Part shown: in pieces, positions 16,503 to 26,800 of the stretch
Layout of the letters: the number at the start of each line of letters is the position of its first letter
Position numbering within the stretch: position 1 is the first letter of the stretch
DNA from: Armatimonadota bacterium
GTDB taxonomy: Bacteria; Armatimonadota; UBA10988
Assembly: GCA_016235455.1 (NCBI GenBank)
Contig: JACRKZ010000182.1
Span: 1-37,558 of the forward strand
Length of the DNA stretch: 37,558 nucleotides
Direction: 5' to 3'
Made by a program: the position numbers and the translations under genes
Notes under the pieces: generated by a model
What the model saw: only the letters and a program-made list of their open reading frames with translations
What the model was told of the DNA's origin: nothing
The model's database searches: none

Positions 16503-18377
16503 TCACGGGCGGGGCGGCGTCGATGCCTTGGCGCTGACCAGGTAGACGGGCGCCTCGCTGAGCGCGAGCTTGGTGACCGTCAGCCGCCGGCCGAGCGTAT
16601 CCCAGGCCTGCTCGTCTGGCTCCATGGTCAGGTCGTGCTTGGGCCCCTCCGACCACACCACGCGCAGGCGCCGAGCGCCCAATGCCTTCATCTCATAGAC
16701 GCCGGAGACGATCTCGCGCACACCCTGAGGCTCCAGCCCGGCCAGCATGCGCGCGGCGACGGCCCAGGCCAGATAGGGCTCCGACAGTGCGTAGCCGCTG
16801 CTCAGCAGAGCGCCTTCGTCGTCGCTGCCTTGCAAGCGGCCCAGCGCGGCGGCCTCGATGCGCGGCACGCAGCGCGCGGCGATGAGCGTCTGCGCCGCGG
16901 CGGCGGCGGGATCGACCGCGCCGGTCAGGTCATTGCCGGGCCAGGTCTCGGCGAGCAGCCAGGCGGGCCGCGGATCGGGCCCATCGAGCAGCGCGGCCAG
17001 CGCGCGCCAGGCACGCGGGAAAGGGCCCGGCGGCGCTGGGACATACGGCGGCAGATCGATGAGTCGCGCCGCGCAGTCGGCTGGCGCCTGCGCGGCGCGC
17101 ACGAGCAGAGCGCGATCGGCCGGCAGCGCGGCGCGGGCGGCCCGGGTGGCCGCGGCGACCAACTCGGCCTGGCGCAGCCGCCGTGCATCGACCAGCCCGC
17201 CCGCCAGGTACGGCGCGAAGCGCCGCAGCCCGACGCTGACCAGGGCGTTGGCCGGGCCCTCGCGCAGCAGGGCCTCGGCCGGCATCTCCGCGGTGAGCCG
17301 CAGGCCAAAAGCCTGCGCCACGCTCAGCGCCGACTCGGCGTCGGCCCATTCCGCGGCGGTGGGCATGGCCTCGCCCATGCTGCGCTGCAGCCGCACCAGG
17401 GTCCAGCCCGCCGACGCCGCGCGCAGATCGGGCAGTTCGCGCAGCAGCCGGCCGTCGAGCAGGTCGTCGAGCGTGTAGCGTCCCAGGCCGAAGTAGCGGT
17501 CGGGTAGGGCCTCCACGCCGGGTAGCACGCCGTAGCGGTAGCGCACCTCGCGTTTGGCGGCGCCGCAGGTGAGCGTGGCGACCAGTTCCACCGGCCCCGA
17601 CAGCTTGACCCGGGGCAGGTCGATGCGATTGGTGCCGGCCGGGTTGACCAATGTCTCGGCGCTTACCGGTTCGCCCGCCACGCTGCCGGCAATCCGCACG
17701 GGGAGCGAGACATTGGACCGGTTGGCCAGCGTGAGCATCGGCGGCCGATCCTCGGGTCGATAGACGCGGCACTGCGTGGGCCCTTCGAGCACGGTGTCGA
17801 GGTAGTCGAAGGGCTGCCAACGCTCCTCGGTGGCGGCCATGTCGGCGAACGACAGGGAGCCATCCATGGGTACGCCGAACTCGATGTTGAGCGTCCACAG
17901 CGTGGCCGGCGGGTCGACCACGCCATCCTCGTCGCCACGCCCCGAGCGTGCGAAGCGCGTCAGGTCGAGTTTGACCGCCCGCCAGCCGCGCCAGGTGACC
18001 GGCAGGCCAGGCGTTGCCAGCCACTCGCCGTTGGCGTCCATGACCGTCACGCTCAGCGCCGCGCCGTTGCCGTCGCCCAGCACGCGCATGGTGAGCGCGG
18101 TGGGCCGGCCGCTCACCGCCACTTCCGGCATGGGCAACAGCACCGAGCCGCGGGCCCGGTGGTAGGTCACGCGGCCGACCATGGCCTTGCCCTGCTTCTC
18201 GACCGACCACGCGCAGGCCTGCGCCGCCTCGCCCATGGGCCGGCCCCAGCGTGGCCAGGTCGGCCCAGGCTCGCGCTGGGCGAACGTCTCGACGGGAATG
18301 GGTGCGGCCCACAGAGTCGCCGTGGTGAGCAGCAGAGCCATCACCGCCGTGCCCCGAGCCAGAGAACCGTATGCCAC
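16503..18377 (-). CDS. Secreted protein: CBM/CIA30-like domain, Ig-like domain and a degenerate clan GH-A-like barrel
   Basis: Signal peptide; VLGDGNG...VTWRGWRAV...GSLSFADM galactose-binding-like domain; GH39/GH5-like remnants (PAWLLAETW, SEPYLAWAVAARML). GAGGTG RBS. Confidence 0.7.
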   Translation of the reverse strand: MAYGSLARGTAVMALLLTTATLWAAPIPVETFAQREPGPTWPRWGRPMGEAAQACAWSVEKQGKAMVGRVTYHRARGSVLLPMPEVAVSGRPTALTMRVLGDGNGAALSVTVMDANGEWLATPGLPVTWRGWRAVKLDLTRFARSGRGDEDGVVDPPATLWTLNIEFGVPMDGSLSFADMAATEERWQPFDYLDTVLEGPTQCRVYRPEDRPPMLTLANRSNVSLPVRIAGSVAGEPVSAETLVNPAGTNRIDLPRVKLSGPVELVATLTCGAAKREVRYRYGVLPGVEALPDRYFGLGRYTLDDLLDGRLLRELPDLRAASAGWTLVRLQRSMGEAMPTAAEWADAESALSVAQAFGLRLTAEMPAEALLREGPANALVSVGLRRFAPYLAGGLVDARRLRQAELVAAATRAARAALPADRALLVRAAQAPADCAARLIDLPPYVPAPPGPFPRAWRALAALLDGPDPRPAWLLAETWPGNDLTGAVDPAAAAAQTLIAARCVPRIEAAALGRLQGSDDEGALLSSGYALSEPYLAWAVAARMLAGLEPQGVREIVSGVYEMKALGARRLRVVWSEGPKHDLTMEPDEQAWDTLGRRLTVTKLALSEAPVYLVSAKASTPPRP

Positions 18378-18394
18378 GTCGCCACCTCGTCCCG

Positions 18395-18423
18395 AGTCTA
18401 CTTGGTCAGCGGGCCGAGGTGAA
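18395..18423 (-). promoter_or_regulatory. sigma70-type promoter for the 16503-18377 gene
   Basis: TTCACC-N17-TAGACT on the minus strand, just upstream of the RBS. Confidence 0.55.
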
Positions 18424-18452
18424 GGGCGGCGTCAGGCGCGCAGCCACTCATC

Positions 18453-18821
18453 TCACGTGGCGTGCGTGAGTTGCGCCACGAGCCGCCACAGGTCGTACAT
18501 GTCGTACGGTTTGGCGCGCATGGCGTCGAAGCGGGGCAGGGGCTGGCGGTCGCGCAGTTCGTCGTGGTCGGCGCCGGAGAGCAGGATGATGGGCACGGTG
18601 GCCATCTGGGGCAGGGAGCGCAGCAGGGCGCAGGTCTCGATGCCATCGAGCCGCGGCATGTGCAGGTCCAGGATGACCAGGTCGGGCGTGGCCTGCTCTA
18701 CCAGCCGCACCGCCTCGTCGCCATCGCTGGCGGCACGCACCGCGTGGTCGCCCATCTGCAGGTGCAGCGCCAGGCACATGCGGTTGGCGACTTCATCGTC
18801 GGCTATCACCACGTCGGCCAC
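18453..18821 (-). CDS. Single-domain response regulator (CheY-like receiver)
   Basis: IADDE acidic pocket, ILDLHMP phospho-acceptor Asp, LSG and AKPY. GAGGAG RBS before the GTG start. Confidence 0.9.
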   Translation of the reverse strand: MADVVIADDEVANRMCLALHLQMGDHAVRAASDGDEAVRLVEQATPDLVILDLHMPRLDGIETCALLRSLPQMATVPIILLSGADHDELRDRQPLPRFDAMRAKPYDMYDLWRLVAQLTHAT

Positions 18822-18950
18822 GAGATTCTCCTCGGGGGTTGAACGCTGCTCGCGTCCCGCGCCTACTTACGGCGTACCCCACTATGACCCCCGCAAACGT
18901 TGCGCGTTCGTTGCCGGTCTGACGCCCGCGTAACGCGGCGGCCCGGCCAT

Positions 18951-18980
18951 TTGACCAAACCGTGTCGGCGGGCCTACAAT
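18951..18980 (+). promoter_or_regulatory. sigma70 promoter for the ROK kinase
   Basis: TTGACC-N18-TACAAT, 23 nt upstream of ATG 19004. Confidence 0.7.
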
Positions 18981-19003
18981 CCCGCGCGAGGGAAGGCAGT
19001 CTC

Positions 19004-20023
19004 ATGAGCACCGTAGCCGCCAAGCTGGTCCAGCCGCCGCTGTCCGTCGATGCGCCGTACGTGGCGGGCGTCGACATCGGTGGCACGTTCATCAAGGTCG
19101 GCATCGTGGACCGCAAGGCCAACGTCATTGGCCGGGTGGAGCACTCGTCCAAGGCGGAACGCGGCTTTTCCCACTTTGTGGCGCGCATCGGCGAGGCCAT
19201 CGAGCTGGCTGTCCAGGAGCAGGGCCTGAGCCTGGACGACATCGCCGGCATCGGCGTGGGTTACCCCGGTACGGTGTACCGCGAGACGGGCATCGTCTCG
19301 GGCAGCCCGAACATCCCCGGCGCGCACGGCAGCAACTTCACGCAGCCGCTCATCGACCGCTTCGGCAAGGCCGTGCTGGTCGGCAACGACGCCTCGGTCG
19401 CCGCGCTGGGCGAATGCCTGTATGGTGTGGGCAAGCAGTATGGCGCGAAGAACCTGGTGCTCTACACGCTAGGCACCGGCGTCGGCGGCGGCGTGGTCAT
19501 CGACGGGCAGTTGGTGGTCGGCGCGCACAGCCAGGGCGCGGAGCTCGGCCATATGGTCATCGATCCCAACGGCCCGCAATGCGGTTGCGGCAACTTTGGC
19601 TGCGTGGAGTCGTTCTGCGGCACCGCGGGCATCCTGCGCTCGGCGTGGAGCAGGCTGCAGAGCGGTCGGGCCAGCCTGCTGTGGAACTTCATCAAGGAGT
19701 TCGAGCGGCCCGAGCTGACACCCAAGATGATCTCGCAGGCGGCCGAGCAGGGCGACGCCGTGGCGCTCGAGGTGTGGGCCGAGGTCGGCTACTACCTGGG
19801 CCTGGCGTCCATGTCGGCGGTCAACATGCTGGACCCCGACGTGATCGTCTTCACGGGCCAGGTGACCAAGGCCGGCGCGCCGCTGTTCGACGCCATTCGG
19901 CGCACCGTGCGCGCCCGGGCGCGGCTGAACCCGTGGCCGTGGGAGAACATTGTGCCGGGCGCGCTGGGTGAGGATTCCGGCGTCATCGGCGCGGCGGCTG
20001 GCGTGCTGGCCAAACTGGCCTGA
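19004..20023 (+). CDS. ROK-family sugar kinase (glucokinase-like)
   Basis: Motifs GVDIGGT, NDASVAALGE, TLGTGVGGG, GAELGH, Zn motif CGCGNFGCVE and GVIGAA. No HTH, so a kinase rather than a repressor. Confidence 0.92.
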   Translation: MSTVAAKLVQPPLSVDAPYVAGVDIGGTFIKVGIVDRKANVIGRVEHSSKAERGFSHFVARIGEAIELAVQEQGLSLDDIAGIGVGYPGTVYRETGIVSGSPNIPGAHGSNFTQPLIDRFGKAVLVGNDASVAALGECLYGVGKQYGAKNLVLYTLGTGVGGGVVIDGQLVVGAHSQGAELGHMVIDPNGPQCGCGNFGCVESFCGTAGILRSAWSRLQSGRASLLWNFIKEFERPELTPKMISQAAEQGDAVALEVWAEVGYYLGLASMSAVNMLDPDVIVFTGQVTKAGAPLFDAIRRTVRARARLNPWPWENIVPGALGEDSGVIGAAAGVLAKLA

Positions 20024-20040
20024 TACCCAATCTGAGTGAA

Positions 20041-20102
20041 GATCCACAGATTGCGCAGATCACACCGATGTGTGGATCGGCCATCTGTGTAATCTGTGGA
20101 TC
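20041..20102. repeat. AT-richer 20-bp inverted repeat (REP-like palindrome)
   Basis: GATCCACAGATTGCGCAGAT (20041-20060) pairs with ATCTGTGTAATCTGTGGATC (20083-20102). The two mismatches are G-U compatible on the + strand. Confidence 0.8.
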
Positions 20103-20191
20103 ATTGGCAGTTCGAGCAGCGGTGGCCTGACAGCAGGCCGCGCCCCAGGCACAGCGGGTCTGGGGCGGCGACTGCATTTGGGACCGGTGAT

Positions 20192-23100
20192 ATGCAGGGA
20201 CTGGTTGAGGATCTCGAACGGCTGCGTGGCTTTGGCGCGCTACGTGAGGCGTTGGCCGGAGGCCGTTCGCAGCGCGCGGCGGGCTTGGCCGGGTCGTCGC
20301 GCAGCGTGCTGGCGGCGTCACTGTTCCGCGGGCTGCGGCGCACCATCCTGGTGGTCACCTCCACCACGGCCACGGCCGAGGCCTGGTACAGCGACCTGCA
20401 TGCGCTGGTGCGCACCGAGACCGACGACCTGGCGCCGCCGCTGCGCCTGTTCCCCGCCTTGCAGACACTGCTGTTCGACGATGCCGGTGTCGACAAGCAG
20501 TTGGTCGGCCAGCGTCTGGACGCCATGGAGGCGCTGCTGCGCGGCGAGCCGACCATCGTCGTCGCGCCGCTGGCAGCCATCCTGCATCGCACCATCCCGC
20601 GTTCGGCCTTGCAGGGCAGCGACCTGACCATCGAGGTGGGCGACGAACTGGAGCCCGAGCCGCTCGTGGCGCATCTGGCCGAACTCGGCTACCAGCGCCA
20701 CGACCCGGTGCTGCAGCCGGGCCAGGTGGCGCTGCGCGGTGGCATCGTCGATGTCTACCCGATCACCTCGCCGGCGCCGCTGCGCATCGAGTTCTGGGGC
20801 GACCAGATCGAGTCCATCCGCTTCTTCGACGTCAACAGCCAGCGTTCGACCAAGCCGCAATCGCGCTTCACCGTGACCGTCAGCCGCGAGAGCGTGCGCA
20901 CCAAGGCGCTGGCCGCCAGCGCCGTCGCCCAGATCGCCAGCGCGGTCGACGACCAGTGCGCCCAGCTCGACCGCGCCGGTCGTGTGTTGGAGGCCAAGCG
21001 CCTGCGGGCCAAGGTGGCGCGCGACCTCAAGCGCTTGGAGGCGGAGGAGGCGTTCGACGGCAGCGACCACTACCTGCCGTTCCTGTACGACGAGATGGCC
21101 ACGCTGGTCGACTACCTGCCGCGCGACGCGGTGGTGCTGCTCGACGAGCCCGCGCACCTTGCCGTGCGCTCGGCCGAGCTGGCCCGCGAGATCGACGAGG
21201 TCTACCGCAACAAGCTGGCGGGCGGCGCCGTGCTCGCGCTGCCCGAGCCGCTCTATCTGCGTCATGTGCCCGAGCAGCCGCTGTGGGCCGCCTACACGCA
21301 GTTGGCGCTGACCGCCGACGCCGAGCCCGCGCCCGGCGTGAGCGACACGGTCGACGAGAGCTTCGCCGTGCTGGTGCTGCCGCCGTTCAACGGCGACCTC
21401 GACCGCGCCATGGCGGCGGTGTCGCAGTGGTCGGTGGAGCGGCAGCGCCTGCTGTTCCTCACCCATCAGGTGGGCCGCCTGCGCCAGATCCTGGGCACGC
21501 GCGGCGCCGCGGCCGTGCGTGAACTGACCAGCGAGGAGCTGCCCGAGCCCGGCGAGTTGGGCATCATCGACCAGCGGCTGGCCCACGGCTTCACGGTGCC
21601 CGAGCTGGGCCTCTGCGTGCTCACCGACCAGGAGCTGTTCGGCTGGCGGCGCGCGCGGATGCTGGGTGGTCGCAGTCTGGCCAAGCGCAACAGCACGGCG
21701 CTGGCCAGCCTGACCGAGCTGGCCGTCGGCGACCTGGTGGTGCATGTGCACCACGGCATCGGCATCTACGCCGGTCTGGTGACGCGCACCGTGGCCGAGG
21801 TGGAGCGCGACTTCCTGCAGATCGACTACGCCGGTGCGGACAAGCTGTTCGTGCCGGTCACCGAGCTCGACCGTGTGCAGAAGTACATCGGGCCCGACGG
21901 GCGGCAACCCAACCTGAACGGCCTGGGCGACAGCAAGTGGCGGCGCACCACGGCCAAGGCCAAGAAGAAGGCGCAGGAGACCGCGCGCGAGCTGCTTCGG
22001 CTGTATGCCCGGCGCAGCCAGAGCGCCGGCCGCGCCATGGGGCCGGACACCAAGCTCCAGCATGCCATGGAGGCGGCCTTCATCTACGAGGAGACGCGCG
22101 ACCAGCTCAAGGCGGTGGCCGAGATCAAGGCCGACATGCAGCGGCCGGTGCCCATGGACCGGCTGGTCGTCGGCGATGTGGGCTACGGCAAGACCGAGGT
22201 GGCCGTACGCGCCGCGTTCAAGGCCGTCCAGGACGGCTCGCAGGTGGCGGTGCTGGCGCCAACCACCATTCTGGCCCAGCAGCACTACAGCACCTTCTCC
22301 GAACGGCTCGGCCCGTTTGGCGCCACGGTCGAGGTGCTCAGCCGTTTCCGCTCGCGCAAGGAGCAGCTGGCGACCATCGAAGGCCTGCGCGAGGGCAGCG
22401 TCAACGTGGTGGTCGGCACCCACCGGCTACTGTCCGAAGACGTGCGCTTCCTCGACCTGGGCCTGCTGGTCATCGACGAGGAACAGCGTTTCGGCGTGAA
22501 GCACAAGGAGCGCATCAAGGAGATGCGCCTTGGCGTGGACGTGCTGACCATGACGGCCACGCCCATCCCGCGCACGCTCAACGCAGCCATGATCGGCGTG
22601 CGCGAGATGAGCCTGTTGCAGGAGCCGCCGCACGGCCGCGTGCCGGTGCGCATCACCGTTGGCGAACGCCGCGAGGATCGCGTGCGCGAGGCCATCATGC
22701 GCGAGATCGACCGCGACGGGCAGGTCTACTTCCTGCACAACCGCGTGCAGACCATCGAACGCATGGCCGCGCAACTCCAGAAGCTCGTGCCCACCGCCCG
22801 CATCGGCATCGGCCACGGGCAGATGAGCGAGGACGAGCTCGAAGAGGTCATGGTGGAGATGTACGCCGGCCGCTACGACGTGCTGGTCTGCACCACCATC
22901 ATCGAGAACGGCCTCGATATCCCCAACGCCAACACGATCCTGGTCGACGACTGCGACCGCTTCGGCCTGGCGCAGCTCTACCAGCTCTGCGGCCGCGTCG
23001 GCCGGCGCGACCGGCAGGCCTATGCCTTCTTGCTGCATCGCCAACACAAGACTCTGACCAAGGACGCCATGGAGCGGCTCGACGCCATCAGCGAGATGAG

Positions 23101-23764
23101 CGAACTGGGCTCGGGCTTCCAGATCGCGCTGCGCGACCTGGAGATCCGCGGCGCGGGCGACCTGCTGGGCCTCCAGCAGAGCGGCTTCGTGGAGGAAATC
23201 GGCTACGAGATGTATACGCAGCTGCTGTCCGAGGCGGTGCAGACGCTGATGCGGGGCAGCGAGGAGCCGGACGAACCGCCCTTCGTGGCCGAACTGGAAC
23301 TGCCGCTCAAGGCCAGCTTCCCCGGCTTCTATGTGCGCGATGAGCAGCAGCGCATCGACCTGTACCGCCGGCTGTCGTCGGTGCGCGACTTCGCCGCCGC
23401 CCAGGACCTGGAAGACGAAGTGCGCGACCGCTTTGGTCGCATGCCCGCGCCGGCGGCCAACCTGTTCACTACCGTGCGGCTGCGTCTGGCTTGTGACCAG
23501 GCCGGCGTGCTGGCGGTGCGCTGCGCCCATGGCCGGCTGGTGCTCGATTTCGGCGAGCACCAGGGGCTCGATGCCCGCGAGATGCGCGTGCTGGCCCGCG
23601 CGCTGCAACGCGAGGTGGCCCACGGCACCGTGCCGCGCGTGCGCATGACCAAGGACGCGCTCACCGCCGACCTGCGCGAGCCGCGGCGCTGGGAGCCGCT
23701 GGATGCCGCCGAGGCGCTGGTCCGCGTGGTCTACTCCGCGCGGCTGGAGATCGGCCAGAACTGA
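20192..23764 (+). CDS. mfd: Transcription-repair coupling factor Mfd
   Basis: UvrB-homology module (RGGIVDVY, RIEFWGDQIESIR), CarD/RID (GDLVVHVHHGIG), Walker A GDVGYGKT, DEEQRFG, TATPIPRTL and the TRG motif DLEIRGAG. Start placed at ATG 20192. Confidence 0.97.
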   Translation: MQGLVEDLERLRGFGALREALAGGRSQRAAGLAGSSRSVLAASLFRGLRRTILVVTSTTATAEAWYSDLHALVRTETDDLAPPLRLFPALQTLLFDDAGVDKQLVGQRLDAMEALLRGEPTIVVAPLAAILHRTIPRSALQGSDLTIEVGDELEPEPLVAHLAELGYQRHDPVLQPGQVALRGGIVDVYPITSPAPLRIEFWGDQIESIRFFDVNSQRSTKPQSRFTVTVSRESVRTKALAASAVAQIASAVDDQCAQLDRAGRVLEAKRLRAKVARDLKRLEAEEAFDGSDHYLPFLYDEMATLVDYLPRDAVVLLDEPAHLAVRSAELAREIDEVYRNKLAGGAVLALPEPLYLRHVPEQPLWAAYTQLALTADAEPAPGVSDTVDESFAVLVLPPFNGDLDRAMAAVSQWSVERQRLLFLTHQVGRLRQILGTRGAAAVRELTSEELPEPGELGIIDQRLAHGFTVPELGLCVLTDQELFGWRRARMLGGRSLAKRNSTALASLTELAVGDLVVHVHHGIGIYAGLVTRTVAEVERDFLQIDYAGADKLFVPVTELDRVQKYIGPDGRQPNLNGLGDSKWRRTTAKAKKKAQETARELLRLYARRSQSAGRAMGPDTKLQHAMEAAFIYEETRDQLKAVAEIKADMQRPVPMDRLVVGDVGYGKTEVAVRAAFKAVQDGSQVAVLAPTTILAQQHYSTFSERLGPFGATVEVLSRFRSRKEQLATIEGLREGSVNVVVGTHRLLSEDVRFLDLGLLVIDEEQRFGVKHKERIKEMRLGVDVLTMTATPIPRTLNAAMIGVREMSLLQEPPHGRVPVRITVGERREDRVREAIMREIDRDGQVYFLHNRVQTIERMAAQLQKLVPTARIGIGHGQMSEDELEEVMVEMYAGRYDVLVCTTIIENGLDIPNANTILVDDCDRFGLAQLYQLCGRVGRRDRQAYAFLLHRQHKTLTKDAMERLDAISEMSELGSGFQIALRDLEIRGAGDLLGLQQSGFVEEIGYEMYTQLLSEAVQTLMRGSEEPDEPPFVAELELPLKASFPGFYVRDEQQRIDLYRRLSSVRDFAAAQDLEDEVRDRFGRMPAPAANLFTTVRLRLACDQAGVLAVRCAHGRLVLDFGEHQGLDAREMRVLARALQREVAHGTVPRVRMTKDALTADLREPRRWEPLDAAEALVRVVYSARLEIGQN

Positions 23765-23853
23765 TCCGCGCGAGCGGAGACGTTGAACCTGCTCACTCGA
23801 CTTGACAGCGAGCCCTCCACCGATCCACCCTCGCTAGAACGAGGTGCGGTCCC

Positions 23854-26800
23854 ATGGTGTGGCGATGGTCAGTGCTGGCCTGTCTGGCGACGATGGCGCT
23901 CGGACAGAACATCTATCCTGATCCCGGGTTCGAGCAATCGGGCCGGGAAGGCGTGGCCCACAGCGGCGCCCGCGCGGGCTACCTGAGCGTGGGCGGCAAA
24001 GCCCATTTCGTGACCTTGGGCGGCCGACTCAGCGTCGAGCCGTTCGCCACCTATCGCGCTAGCGCCTGGGCCAAGGCCAAGCAGAGCGAAGGCGCGTGCC
24101 TGGGGCTGTATGTCTATCAGTGGGACTCCTACGTGTGGGCCTTTGGCACCAACGTCCCGCTGGCCAACGGCGGTGACTGGCAGAAGATCGAGATCATCTT
24201 CCGCTCGCCGGTCGACCACACCTTCCTGCACCCGCTGGCCTTCCTCGACGCGGCTAACGGCGAGGCCTGGATCGACGATGTCGTGGTCGAACGGATCGCC
24301 ACGCCCGCCGAAACGGTGGCCGAACTGAAGGCCAAGACCGGCCGGAGCGCCGACGAGACGCGGCTGCTGGGACGCTGGTACGTGCAAGCGGGTGATCTGG
24401 CCGCCGCCAAGGCGCTGATTCGACCCGACGGCGACGCGCTGGCCAACGCCGATGTGGCTTGCGTGGTGGCCAAGGCCAGTGGCAGCCAGGCCGAGCGCGC
24501 CGCCATGCTCGCCGCCATGGTGCGTTACGGCGCGCCGCGCTACAACGACGGCAACAAGCGCATCAGCGAGGTCGCCGCCACGCTCCACATGGAGTCCGCC
24601 GTGGACGATCTGCGCGCGGCCATGCTCACCCCGCCGACCACTGATGGCTGGCGGCAGTATGCCCAGTGCCTCACGGCGCTGCTGGCCTATCGACCGGCTG
24701 GCCCGCAGCCGTTGGGCAGCCGACGGGCCCTGGTGGACCGGCTGAGCGCCGCCTCCCAAGGGGCGAGCGCGGTCTTCGCTGGCCAGGTTGTGCCCGCGGA
24801 GGTGGTGCGTCTGGCCGAGACCGCGGCCACCGAACGCGCGCGGCTGGAGAACGACATGAAGCAGCTTGGCAAAGCCACCGTCGTGCTCGGCGGCAAGGCC
24901 ATCACGCCGGAGACGCACGTCATCGTCACGCCCGAGAAGCCGACGCCCAGCGAGCAGACCGCGGCGCGCGATCTGCAGATGCATCTGGAACGCATCACCG
25001 GCCGCCTCATTGGCATCGTGGCCGGCGAGCCCAAGGCCGGGCTGGCCTGCCTGGTGGTGGGCAACCATCCGCTGATCAAGCAGTGGGGCGTCAGCATCGA
25101 CCGCGCCAAGCTCGGCATCGAGGGCATTCGCATCAAGTCGGTTGGCCCCAACCTGGTGCTCTACGGCGGGCAGCGCGGCGTGCTCTATGCGGTCTACACA
25201 TTCCTGGAGGACAACCTCGGCTGCCGCTGGTTCACCTTCGACTGCGCCACGTGGCCCAAGACCGGCCGCATCGCGGTGCCGGCGCTCGACGTCACCTTCG
25301 TGCCCGCGCTCGAGTACCGCGCCACGGACTACCCCTGCTCGCGCCCGCCGGAGTTCGCCGTGCGCAACCGGCTCAACGGTATGCAGGTGGAGGCGGATGA
25401 GACGTGGGGCGACCACATCACCTATGCCGGGTTCGTGCACACCTTCAACTCGCTAGTGTCGCCCGACCAGTACTTCGCGGCGCATCCCGAGTACTTCTCC
25501 GAGATCGGCGGCAAGCGCACACGGGACTACAGTCAGCTCTGCCTGACCAACCCCGACGTGCTGCGTATCGCCACCGAGACGGTGCGGCGGTGGATCGCCG
25601 AGAATCCGCGCGCGACGATCGTTTCGGTCTCGCAGAACGACTGGCACAACCCCTGCGCGTGTGCCAAGTGCGCCGCGCTGGCCGAGGCCGAGGGCGCCCA
25701 GAGCGGGCCGTTGCTGCACTTCGTCAATGCGATTGCCAACGACATCGCCAAAGACCATCCCAACATCATCATCGACACGCTGGCCTACCAGTACACGCGC
25801 AAGCCGCCCAAGACGGTGCGGCCGGCGCCGAACGTGGCGGTGCGGCTATGCAGCATCGAATGCGAGTTCAACCGGCCCATCGAGTCGTCGCCCTACAACA
25901 AGACCTTCGTGGACGACATCCACGGCTGGAACAAGATCTGCTCGCGGCTGCACATCTGGGACTACGTGATCAACTATGCACATAGCATCATGCCGTTCCC
26001 GAATCTCAATGTGCTGGCGCCCAACATCAACTTCTTCATCAACAACGGTGTGACCGGCTTGTATGAAGAGGCCGACTACTACACCAAGGGCGGTGAGATG
26101 TCGGAGTTGCGCACCTACCTGATGGCCAAGCTGCTGTGGAAGCCCGACTTCGACGTCAAGCGCGGCATCCGCGAGTTCACCGACGCCTACTTCGGGCCGG
26201 CGGCGCCGAGCATCCGTGCGTACCTCGACGACATCCACCGCCTGGCGGTGAGCGACCCGAACTACCACATGCCCATCTACGTGGCGCCGCGCAGCCCGTT
26301 CCAGACACCCGAGGCGGTCGCGCGACAGGAGCAGCAGTTCGCCGCGGCCGAGGCGGCGGTGGCGGGTGATCCCGTGCGGCTGCACCGCGTCCAGGTGGCC
26401 AAGCTGCCGGTGCTGTACACGCAGATCGCCCAGCACACCGGCACGGCCTACACGCTCAGCGAGAAGAGCCTGGACCCCGTGAAGGGCACCTCGGTGGCGG
26501 ACATCGCCGCGGAGTTTGGCGCCATCGCCCATGCCGAGGGTGTGACGCGCGTCTCCGAAGGCGGCACCGACCTCGACACGTGGCTCCGGCAGGTTGGCCC
26601 GGGCGCTCAGTCGCAGCCGGTGGTGCGGCTCCGGAACGCGGCGCTGGAGGCGATCATCGTGCCGGGCCTCGGTGGTCGTTTGCTCAGCCTCAAGGCGGCG
26701 GGCGGGCGCGAGTTGATGCAGGTGGTGCGCGACGGCGGCGGGATCAACCCGCTGGTCGGCGGCTACAAGGAGTTCAGCCAGAGCGGCTACCAGTCGCCTG

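Noticed and set aside
20318-23623. 701-aa and 398-aa ORFs on the - strand
   Set aside because: Antisense shadows of mfd.
23802-23831. Promoter with a perfect TTGACA upstream of the DUF4838 gene
   Set aside because: The matching -10 (CACCCT at 18-nt spacing) is too weak to call with confidence.
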